In this document: in pieces, positions 39,901-51,900 of the stretch
Position numbering within the stretch: position 1 is the stretch's first letter
How the letters are laid out: each line of letters opens with the position of its first letter
Source of the DNA: Macrostomum lignano
Taxonomy: Eukaryota
NCBI GenBank assembly: GCA_002269645.1
Contig: NIVC01001575.1
Location: 246,232 to 310,231 of the forward strand
Length of the DNA stretch: 64,000 bases
Direction of reading: 5' to 3'
Program-made: the position numbers and the translations under genes
The notes under the pieces: generated by a model
Databases searched by the model: none
Told to the model about the DNA's origin: nothing
Seen by the model: the letters and a program-made list of their open reading frames with translations, nothing else

Positions 39901-42900
39901 CTCAGCTTGCAATGTTTGGAGCCATCACAGACTCAAGCGGACGAATTTGGCGCAGAAGAAGAGAAGACCTGTACTTGCTGGAACATTCGAGAAATTATCT
40001 ATTCAAAACAGAGTTCTTCGTACTTCGATACCTGCCGTCAATCACTTGTGTTTCGCCAAGCGACGCTTTGAGGCAGCTCGAAGCAGGTGAAATGGCATCA
40101 GACTGGCAACCGCTGATCAGCGATTCGCGTCTGCAAAGCGCCGTGTGCAAGCGACCTGCAGTGTACCTGGCATCGCTAGGCAATAGAAATGCTGCTCACT
40201 GTGACCTAGAAGCGCAAATTCCTTCAATTGAAATCGTGCGTCTGCTTTTAGAAAATTGCGGCATTGATAATCCATCGTGGCTTGAGCTGAACAACTTCGC
40301 CAGATTTTTCAACGGACAGCTTGTTGACTTTGAGCGATCACCTTTCTGTGGGCCACTAGCCGAGCAAGACCTACCTGGCTTCAGAAGATTTGTGCTTTCC
40401 TGTCTTTTGCTCATGTCCAAAGATTTTTCAAGTCGCTCATTGAACATCGCTGATGAGAGCGAAGCTGCACAGCCAAATGCAGAGAATGATCGTCCACTGA
40501 TTGAGAACTTTGAAGTCCGCCGTCGTTGGGAGCACACCTCTCACCCCTATCTGCTGTTCAATCAAGACGGCACGACCTTTACATTCGTTGGCTTCACAGT
40601 GAGTCAACAAGGTCATCTCTTGGACAGCGCGACCAACGCTGTTGTACAGGAAGGCATCATGAGTCCGCAGCTTTACCAGAGCCTCATCGCACAACGTGTT
40701 CGTCTTCAAGAGCGGTTCGAGGATCTGAGTCGGCAGAATAAAATTGAGAGAATGAGAATGGTGTTCGGTCACTCTGACACTAATTTCCCGGACCCCGATC
40801 CGTCCTATGAGCTGACTATGGACAACGTCAAGAAGATGCTGGCTATCTACATGCGGTTCAGGAGCGAGATTCCTGTCGTTCTGATGGGCGAAACGGGCTG
40901 TGGAAAGACTAAGCTTGTCGAGTTTCTGGCTCGAATCATGCTGCCAGCTCAATCCGACATTTGCAACATGCGAATTCTGAAGGTCCACGGTGCTGTAACA
41001 ACTGCCGATGTGGTGAAGGCAGTCCAGGACGCTGTTGAGTTGTCACGTCAGAACCACGCAGTGACTCCTTACACAATTCTATTCTTTGATGAAGTAAACA
41101 CGACCAGTGCTGTCGGTCTGATTAAGGAAATCATGATTGACGGCAGAATCAATGGTGAGAGGATAAGCTTTGCCTATGGACTGAGATGCATTGCCGCTTG
41201 CAATCCTTACCGCAAGCATCCCGAATCGACAATCAAGAGACTGGAGAACAGTGGACTTGGATACAGAGTGAGAAAAGAGGATACTCAGGATAAATTCGGA
41301 AATGTTCCGATGCGACATTTGGTTTATCGTGTAAAGCCGCTGCCTCTCTCCCTGATCAGCGTTTTGTGGGACTTTGGCAGTCTCTCTGATGACTCTGAAA
41401 GGAAGTACATTACCAGAATGGTTGAGTCCAGACTTCGGACCTCTCCAGCGCAGAAGGCACGCCTTGTAGAGCTGGTTGCAGCATCACAACACTTCATGCG
41501 CAATACGGATGATGAGACAAAGTATGTTTCACTGAGAGAAGTCGAGAAGGTCATAGTCGTGTTCCAGTGGCTTTCAAATGGATTGCTAGCACAGTTGGAC
41601 GCTCGAGATGACGGAGATTCTGATTGCAATGAGGAAACTCTAATCGAAATTATGGCTTTAGCTTCGTGCTATCTGAGTCGCCTGCCAAAAGAGAACAAAA
41701 ATGGCTATCTCGAATTGCTGTCTCAGGTTCTGAATGCAGGTCTGAGTCCTCATGACATTATGCAAATCATCACCCAGTGTCATCAAAGGCTTTTAAATGA
41801 CATTTCGGAGCATCTGCCAAAGTCAATTGCAAAGAACGAAGCTCTTAGAGAAAATGTCTTCATGATGGTGCTTTGCATCACACTTCGAATCCCATTGTTT
41901 GTTGTCGGAAAGCCTGGAAGTTCCAAGTCGCTCGGAAAGTCGATTGTGAAGAGCAACATGTTGGGAACAAACTCACAAGGCGAAATATTTCGCCAGCTTC
42001 CAAATACGCAGATGCTGTCGTTCCAGTGTTCCCCATGGTCAACTTCTGAGGGAATCATCAAGACGTTCGAACAGTGCTCTCAACTGCAGAAAGAAAAGGA
42101 CCTCGATAAGTTCGTCTCCGTGGTTATTCTTGACGAAGTCGGTTTGGCAGAAGACAGTCCCAAGATGCCTCTAAAGGCACTTCACCCGCTTCTTGAGGAA
42201 GGCTACTTTACTGACTCCTTGCAAACAGCTCAAAACAGAAAGCATAGCAAAGTTGGCTTCATCGGTATCTCGAACTGGGCTTTGGACCCGGCCAAAATGA
42301 ACCGCGGACTGTACTTGTTGCGAGACGTGCCCACGCACGAGGATCTACTGGATACGGCAAAGGGTATCTGCCAAAATCAGGTTCGAAAAGAGCGCGTTCG
42401 ATTACACCTGGAGCCCGTAACTAAGTTTTACGAGAAAATATACGACCACACGCAGAAGGAGAGAGAGTTTTTTGGCCTTCGTGACTACTTCAGTTTGGTA
42501 AAGCATTTGGCCTCAAAGTCTACCCTGAATCTTAGGACTGTGGCTCAGTGCATAAAGAGAAACTTCAGCGGATTCGGCGACTTGGATCCAGTGGACTTCT
42601 TTGCTAAAGAAATTGTTGGGAGAGAAATCGACTTGGGAAATTATTCAGCCATCAGAGATGCTCTGCGATCCACTGGTGAGGAGCAGCGATACCTGCTGCT
42701 TATCACGGAAAACTATTCAGGCTTTAAGATTTTGCCTCGACTGCTAGAGGACCAAGAGCATGATCAGCAAGTGAGCATCATCTTTGGCAGCAGCTTTCCA
42801 AAGGACCAGGACTACTCGAAAATCTGCCTGGACATCAATCGTATTAAGATCAGCATGGAGCGAGGCAGCACTGTTGTCCTGCTGAACATGGACGCTCTGT

Positions 42901-45900
42901 ATGAGAGTCTTTACGATGTTTTAAACCAGTACTATGAGCAGTGCGGTGACGATCGCTTTGTCGATCTTGGACTTGGCACCCACCGGCTCAAATGCAAGGT
43001 GAACCGGAACTTCCGCATGATTGTCGTTGCTGAGCAGACAACAGTGAGAGAGCGATTTCCAATTCCATTGATCAATCGGCTTGAGAAGCATAAGCTCACG
43101 ACATCTGCAGTTCTGGTAGCGGAGCAACAAGAGTTTGTTAGCAAGCTCAATAGTTGGGTGAAGTCTTTCTACCTTCAAGGACAACTGGCAAAGGGCGAAA
43201 ATCCCAGCAATGTGTTTGTCGGCTACCACGATGATGTGATTTCATCTCTTGCGCTAGAGTTCGGATCCGATGAAGAGGCTGTGAAGAGAAGTATTCTGCT
43301 TGTCGCTCCTCCAGACAGTCTCGTGAGACTGAATCAAACCCGACTGCGTGATCTGAAAAGTGACTATCTGAATGAACATTATGACAGGCACTGTCTGCAA
43401 AGCATAAAAGCTTTTTTGGCTAACTACAGCTTTTCAAAGCCATTTCTTCAGGTAACAACATTCGATCGTCTTCTGGCTACCAGGCAAGTTGACGAGCTTT
43501 CGAGACTAATTCCAGGAAGCGTAACTTCCGCAAATCTGAGCAAGTTCGAAAGTGAAACGCAATTTATGGAGTTCATTAGGCGCTTCCTTAGTACGGATGA
43601 TATGACGACACTCATTTTGCAGTTTGAAGGTCTCAGACTGAACTATCAAAACCTTCTCGCGTGTGCCAAGTATCTGATAGAAGAACAGTTTAAAGAGCTG
43701 GCTGAGAAGAGTCCAAATGTTTATCAGAATAAGCGAGTAATGCTGTTTATCAAGCTTGTCCGATCGCATGCCAATCCATTCACTGGATTTGACTCGGGGA
43801 CTTGGCAGTCTGTGCACATTGAGGAGTTGGTGCCGTCCGGCAGGGTGAACATTCGTCTGTTGGACACTATGCCAGTTTCCGCTGCTGTAAAACTTAGCTA
43901 TGAGGCCTTCCCTGCTGATGCCAACGAATTTGCTATGGAAATTGATCAGTCTCTCTTGCTCGACAGAGATCTGGGTATTCCTATCGACTTGCGTCTTCTA
44001 ATTGAGCAGTCTTTGCATCAGGCAATGAGCATGCTTAGAGATGGCGGCGATCGCGATTCCAACGAGACTGACAGCCGCCTGATGGAGAGACAAGAGATTC
44101 TGAGTGGCGCGTTGAGAGATGACCAGTCAGGGGGCCAAAAATTTTTCGAATGCATGTGCAAGTTCGTTGTTAATGTACTTACGTGGAAAGACGAGAGCTC
44201 ACTTGCTATGTACAGTCCTAACGAGTGGCTCAGTCGAGAAGCTGCTCGAGACTTGAATGTTCTAAACGCTGGTACCTTCATGTAAGTTAAGATAGAGTTA
44301 AGCAATTATTTTTTAAAGCATTATGCAATTACTTGTAGTTTCTTTTTTCCATGTAATCTATAGCGAGAGCACGTGGCGCGTCCTGAGACAGAAAGTGGCT
44401 CCTGCCATCGCCTGCTTCCTGGCATTATCCGACCGAGACCAGAACCTCAACTGCTACCGACGCGATGGCCTGCGAGGCCTGTGGCTGCGCATGGTGGAGC
44501 CGTCATCCGGTCTCGACCAGATCACGGAGAACCTGGTGAAGGGAACCACGGGCGACTTCCAGAGAATTGAGGTCGCTTCGTCCTCATGCGACGGTCGCCG
44601 GTTCGCGTGCCGATTCCCGTTCTCCTGGGCGGTGGTGGAGCGGCTGGAGCGAATCTGCAACAAAGAGCAGCAGAGAGAAGCAGAGCGCTTAATGGAGCTG
44701 TTCTTGAATAGCACCCCGATCGGCCAAGTTCTCCAAGATGAAGAGGCCATCCCGGATCTGGTTGGCGGCTTCTGTCATGACCTTGTGAGAATTCGCATCG
44801 CAGGAGTAACCGAGGAAATGCTGCAGGTGCTGGTTCCCGTGATGCTGCGAGGACTCAGCGGCAGAGCCGAAACTTGTCTGGGCGCCGCGGTGTTCGAGAG
44901 CTTCTGGCTGTTCAAAGAGTTCAGCCAGCAGATGACGCTGGTGACTAGGCTGATGAAGAAGGTTCCGGGCCTGGCGCTGCAAGTGGACAGGATTGACAGG
45001 CTCGAAGAACTACCCGAGGTAAGTTTGATCGCTTCCAACAGAACAGTTGCCACGTGTCTTCACATGAAATGAAGTGATACCAGCTCCTCGAATAGGTTCT
45101 TAACTTTTCAATATTTGAATGAAGTAATATTCAACTTGGGTACTTATATAAATGGCTAGCAACCTCGGTTTTTGGCTTTGGAATAGTACTCAATCAAGTT
45201 GGATGTTTATTTAAGATGGTTTATAGTTACATGTGCATGTAGTTTGCTGGAGCGCTTTAGGCACGGTCGCAAAATCAAGGTAGTCTTGATTCATTCTAAA
45301 TTTTCTGGGCAAATGGTATAATATCTTCAGTTCTTGAATGCTCGGGCAATGGGCCAATGAATTTTCCGATACTTAAAAGTCACGTTTAAAGTCATACTCC
45401 ATGTCGCCTGATGAGGCCACCAAAAACGTGTTGCATTTCAGGCCCTGTTTGACGCATTTTATGAGTACTTCGAGACGAACAAGCGTGACCTGAACGCGGC
45501 CGAGAAGCGAGCCGTCTGGCTGAACCGGGTGGAACGGGCCCAGTCGGTGATTGACAGCCTGTTGAGCAATTTCGGCAAGCCTGCCATGGACTCGCATTGG
45601 CAGCGCATTGTGTGCGTCTACCTGTTTCTGAAGAACGTCACCGCACCGTTCGATGCGAGTCAAGAGAATGGAGAGAGTTCTATTAAGCCTATTCAGCTAT
45701 GGACTGTAATTAAACTTTTTTGTACTTTTTTCATTAAAATACGAACTTTAAAATACTAAGTTTACTTTAATCTTTGGTGTTTCAGTCTCTGGGCAAAAAT
45801 CCGAGTGCCAACTTCAGCGACGTATCCGGACTTCGATTGGTTGAAGACTTCTTGAACAAAATGAAGGAGGACTTGACAGTCAAACTGCTCGGGTGAGTTG

Positions 45901-48900
45901 AGGATTTATATATTTGTTAAAATCATAACTCAACTAATAGAACGACATGTATGTTAATTTGATAAAATTGATTTTATTCCATACTTATTCCATTACTTCC
46001 TGTAGTATCTGGATCCCTTCTGTCCTCTAGGGGTACCCTAACGTCAATTTGGTAATTTGGTACTGTACTCCACATCGGTACTTATTCGGTACACAGCACT
46101 CCGCATCGGTACTTATTCGGTTCGGTTCGGTACTTATACTTAAAGTTCGATCTGACGTATGAAGCGATGGTCGCTTTCTCATCTTTGCTTGCTCAGGGGC
46201 TAATTGGTTGGATAAACCTTCAGAATAGGATGGAAAACTTTAGGGTGACAAATACATACTCGCTCTCTCATCATTTCCAGCGCGAACGCTTGTTCCACTT
46301 GCGAAATCGCTTCCGACCAGCTGCTGCGGCTGCCCTGCGGCCATCCGCTCTGCCGCAATTGTCACGCCAATTTGCAGAACGCAGCCGCTGCTGCAAACAC
46401 CTGCACGCACTGCCAGGCTCCGTTCGACCCGTCAGTGGTTGTCGTTAACCCCAGAGTTGCGGCGCTAGACCAGTTTAAGGCTCGGTGCAACGCATTCCTC
46501 ATGGAGCTGGTCACCAAGCTCTGCTTCCGCCGCGGTGGCCAGGGCGGCCAGCCTCCAACCAGCGACCTGTGCGACCGTCTGCTCGGTTACGTCACCCGGA
46601 GCGGCCGGCACGACGTGGCCGCTGTCGCCTGCTTTGACGTGGAAAGCAACAATGGCGACGATGGCGAAGAAGGCAGAAGTCCGGTGTTCCGTTCATTCAT
46701 ACTACAGCAGCTGCTGGCTTATAAAGAGGAGCAGGTTCTTGGTCAGCTAGATGAGCATCTGAGAGCGGCTAACCGTATTATCGACTCACCTGATCATCTG
46801 GCGCTTATTGTGGTGCACTGTCTGGAGGTGAGACGATGTTGACGATCAGTTCACGATGTTTAAAAGGTGGTTAAAAATATGCCCTCAACAATGTGCATTG
46901 GTGCCAGACAGAGGTAGAGAGGCAACAACCACCCCTAAAGCACGTAATAAGCTGTGTACATTGCAGCGAGCCACTGCAAACATTCAATCTAATTCAATGC
47001 ACTGAATCCAAAAAATTCCCTTCCCCATCCAGGACCTGTCGATTTCCAGACTTGCTGGACACCCCATCGAGCAGCGGCTGCTCCGAGCTGTCAGCCAGGT
47101 GGTCGGCACGGAACCTCCAAGCATCACACCTCACGATGCCAACCCGCTGGATCTGCGACGCCTCCGCCAGGTGGCCGACTGGCGAGTTGCCCTGTCGCTG
47201 CTGGCCTCCAGCATCGCCGCCCTGCCTGACGGAGCGCGAAGCGTCGACTTGCCGCCGCTGCAGGACGGTCGACGTCGAGAGCGACTGGCCCGCTCGCTGC
47301 TGCAGCACCAGTGGTCCCGGGTGTACTTCCTGCGCTGCCTCAGCCGCTTCGGCGGCACCTGCGCAGCGCTTGAGCGACTCCGAGCAGATGAATACTTGGC
47401 CAGGGTGTTCCGTGAGGAAATGCAGCTCATCGAGGGCCGGGTGGAATTGCCAGACATCCTTCTGTGTCATTCGGAGCTGTATAGAAATGTGCGCAGGTGT
47501 CTGTACCAGGCCTACCTCACTGCAGAGCTCAACCAGCAGGTATGATGATTAGCTGCCAGTGTTGGTTATGAAATGGATGTTAAGGTGGAGAAAGTGAGGA
47601 GCATCCACCCGCCGCACACAGTGTACAAAGGGCACTGAGTGAGGAGCAGCCACCCCACAGCACACAGTGTACAAAGGGGGAGATAGCGACGTTTGCCAGC
47701 CGACGTTTGCCAGCCGACATTTGCCAGCGGGACGTTTGCCAGCGAAATTTGTCTGCCGGACGTTTACCTGCGGGACGTTTGCCAGCCGACGTTTGCCAGC
47801 CGACATTTGCCAGCGGGACGTTTGCCAGCGAAATTTGTCTGCCGGACGTTTACCTGCGGGACGTTTGCCAGCCGACGTTTGCCAGCCGACGTTTGCCTGT
47901 CGGAAGTTTGCCAGCCAAAATTTGCTAGCCAATATAAAGCCAGTCAGTGAAAAATTTGATACTGAAATATTCGCAGTTTAGCGGTTTGACAAAAACCGTT
48001 TTTACCCCAACTTTTTGACGCTTATTCGCATGTACAAGTTCGAAAGCAAAATCATATAAATTATGCAATTTATTAGTCTAACATCTAATATCTAGTTTAA
48101 CAAAGATTTTGGCACAACATATCAAAAGAACATTTGGGTTTTCCTCTTATGAAAGCAATAACAAATGTTGTGCTGAAAAGAGGAAAATTTCCTATCTCCC
48201 TATGGCCTTAAAATATTTTTCATAGATTTCGAGTGCTGCGTCCTTCTACTTTAGAAGTCTTTGGTATCCTACTAGCTCGTAGTACTCGTTTTCTTCATAA
48301 CTTAAATCGCTGGAGATTCCCGTTTTAATCTGCGTGAAGATTTTGCACGTCAAAAATCAAACTTCTCAAACTGGGAAAAAAATATTTCACATTCAAATAA
48401 AATCGTTGTTAAACTGGATATTAGATGTTAGACTAATAAATTGCATAATTTATATAGATTTTGCTTTCGAACTTGTACATGCGAATAACCGTCAAAAAGT
48501 TGGGGTAAAAACGGTTTTTGTCAAACCGCTAAACTGCGAATATTTCAGAATCAAATTTTTCACTGACTGGCTTTATATTGGCTAGCAAATTTTAGCTGGC
48601 AAACTTCCGGCAGGCAAACGTCGGCTGGCAAACGTCTCGCAGGCAAACGTCCGGCAGGCAAACGTCCGGCAGGCAAATTTCGGCTGGCAAACGTCGGCTG
48701 GCAAACGTCTCACTGGTAAACGTCCGGCAGGCAACGTCGGCTGGCAAACGTCGGCTGGCAAACGTCGGCTGGCAAACGTCCCGCAGGCAAACGTCGTAGA
48801 CCCTACAAAGGGCACTGAGTGAGGAGCAGCCACCCCACAGCACACAGTGTACACAGGGCACTGAGTGAGAAGCAGCCACCCCACAGCACACAGTGTACAC

Positions 48901-51900
48901 AGGGCACTGAGTGAGAAGCAGCCAACCCACAGCACACAGTGTACACAGGGCACTGAGTGAGAAGCAGCCACCCCACAGCACACAGTGTACACAGGGCACT
49001 GAGTGAGGAGCAGCCACCCCACAGCACACAGTGTACACAGCATGCAATGTACACGCGACACTGAGTGAGGAGCAGCCACCCCACAGCACACAGTGTACAC
49101 AGGGCACTGAGTGAGAAGCAGCCACCCCACAGCACACAGTGTACACAGGGCACTGAGTGAGAAGCAGCCAACCCACAGCACACAGTGTACACAGGGCACT
49201 GAGTGAGAAGCAGCCACCCCACAGCACACAGTGTACACAGGGCACTGAGTGAGGAGCAGCCACCCCACAGCACACAGTGTACACAGCATGCAATGTACAC
49301 GCGACACTGAGTGAGGAGCAGCCACCCCACAGCACACAGTGCGCACAGGGCACTGAGTGAGAAGCAGCCAACCCACAGCACACAGTGTACACAGGGCACT
49401 GAGTGAGAAGCAGCCACCCCACAGCACACAGTGTACACAGGGCACTGAGTGAGAAGCAGCCACCCCACAGCACACAGTACATGTATACACCGGACACTGA
49501 AGATCAGCCACCCCACAGCACACAGTGTACAGCATAAGACTTTCCTGTTTCAGAGACCGGATTTCCCACCAGCCGAGAGTCCTGTGGTGGCTCTGGTTGC
49601 CCTCGTCGCTGCCTATCGCCTTCGCCACATGCAAGGCAGGTGCGATGAGCAGCAGCTGACCGCCTGCATCAACTTGATGCTCAGCTGGATGACGCCCGCA
49701 GCCCAAGAGCTGTACAGGCGACTGGAGCCTCTGGCTGGGGCCACGGATGGCAACCATCAGCTTTGTCTGCTGCAGATTCACCTGGCCTTCGTGTTGGCAA
49801 CCTGCCAATCTGACATTGTCAACTTTCTCACTCAACTGCCGAACAACTTCAACAACTGGCTGCTGCCTGGCATGCGGCATGACGAGCTGTTCGAAGCTTT
49901 CACGGCTCAGGGAATCGGGGGCACCCGCGCCTATGGTGAGCTCGCTTGGGACTCTTCAATTAGTCTGCAAGACTATGGATTTGAACTGTTTCACTGGCTG
50001 TTGACTCATTTCAGCTTGCCCCAACGGCCATCCGTACTACATTGCCAATGTAAGTCTTTTGTATGTTGTTGGCAGATGAGTGGGGGTGGAATCGCAAAGT
50101 GGGGATCGGAGAGATAAGGAAGGTGGGGTGCAAAGCGGGGGCTGACGAGAAAGGGAGCGGTGGAGGCGCAAAGTGGGGCTGGGGAGGGGGCCCATCACAA
50201 GCTCGAAAAATCACATCGTCGAAAAGCATCCACCATCACAAGCTCGAAATGTCATAAGCTCGAAAAATTACATCGTCGAAAACTGATTTAGAAACCACCA
50301 TCATAAGCTCGAAAAGTCACATCGTCCAAAACTGATTTAGAAACCACCATCATAAGCTCGAAAAGTCACATCGTCGAAAAGGTTAGCAACCACCATCACA
50401 AGCTCGAATAGGGTTAGGGCTAGTGCTTGTGCCTTAGAGTAGGGTTTAGGGTTATGTTAGGGTTGGGGTTAGAACTTGTGCCTTTAGAGTTAGAGTTTAG
50501 GGTTAGGTTAGGGTACTGGTGCCTTAGGGTTAGGGTTAGTGCCTTGGGGTTGGGGTTAGAGCTTGTGCCTTTTCAACCTTGTGATGGTGGTTGCTTTTTG
50601 ACGATGTGATTTTTTGAGCTTATGATGGCGACCCCCTTCTGGAGAGAAAGGTGGAGGCGCAAAGTGAGGGTCGGAGAGACAAGGAGGAGCAGAGGCGGGT
50701 GGGGTCAGAGAGATATGAAGAGGAGGGAAGAGAAATAGAGCAACTACTAGCTAGATAGAAATAACCCAACAGTGGCAGTTGATAGCCAAGCCTGAGAGAA
50801 CTGCAACCGCAGTCACAAAGAAAAAGCGATAAAATGATATTCGATAGGGCTGGTCACAAAATTCGTGGACAAATGACAAACCCTTTCTTTCTACGAGTAC
50901 TTTGCCTGCAAACTTTCTCTAGCTATCTATCAGTATCCGGAGCCCTCTCATCCAACTCTCCGACTCTCCTATCCTCCCAGTGTGGCCAGGCGATGCAGCT
51001 CTCCCGCTGCCCGGACTGCGGCAGCGCCATCGGCGGCCAGAACCACCAGCTGGTGGCGGGCAACGCGGGCTACCAAGCCGCGGACCGAACCCAGCGCGGG
51101 TTCGTGCCGGTCGCCGACCACAACCGGCCAGAACCGGTCCGTCAGCTGTCTGCCGGTGCAGCGGCGCTCCTGCGGTCACTGCAGGCGCTGGCGCTGCTGC
51201 TGGGCGGCGCCGCTGGAGGCGACAGGCGCCGATTCGCTGAGGAGTTCCACACCGGCCTGGCGTTGTTCAGCCGCGCCACGGGTCGCAGTCAGGAGGACGC
51301 AGCACAGGCGCTCCACCTGCTGCTGCTGCGCGGCCTGTCAGCACCCGCGCCCGCCACCGCCTTCAACCTGCTCAACAACGATGGACGTCGCGAGTTCGAG
51401 ACCCGCTTGGAGACGCGCCTGCTCCGGCCGCTGCTGGACAACCTGAGCGACTGGCTGCAGGAGTCCAACCGAATCGTCGGGCAGGACGACCTCGGCAGGA
51501 CATCGGAGATCGTCCGCCTGGTGCAGGAGACCTCGGAGCTCGACAGGCGACAGGCGCACGAGGGCCAGCTGTGGCGCTACAGGCAGGTCATCTCCGTGGA
51601 GCACGCGGTGCAGACCTTCCGGGAGCTGGGCGTCGAGGAACAGAGGCGGCACGCCCTCATCGAGGCCGTCACTCGCTGGGAGTTCGCGCTGAGGCACCTG
51701 CGGTCTCTGCCGGCTCTGCTGCAGCTGGTGAAGGACCTGGTGGCCGCTTGGAAGCTGAATTTGAGCATGGATAAAGCTAAGCAGCAATTCCTGCGTGTGG
51801 TTGGCAGGAATGAGAGGTAGGCATTGTCTGCTGTTGCGACTTTCTTAGTCATGGACTCATGTCTTAGTTCATCTGGGGCCTGTGCTATAGTAAATTTATA

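Noticed and set aside
38664-44305. Antisense and alternate-frame ORFs within the giant exon
   Set aside because: They are shadows of the RNF213-like coding sequence.
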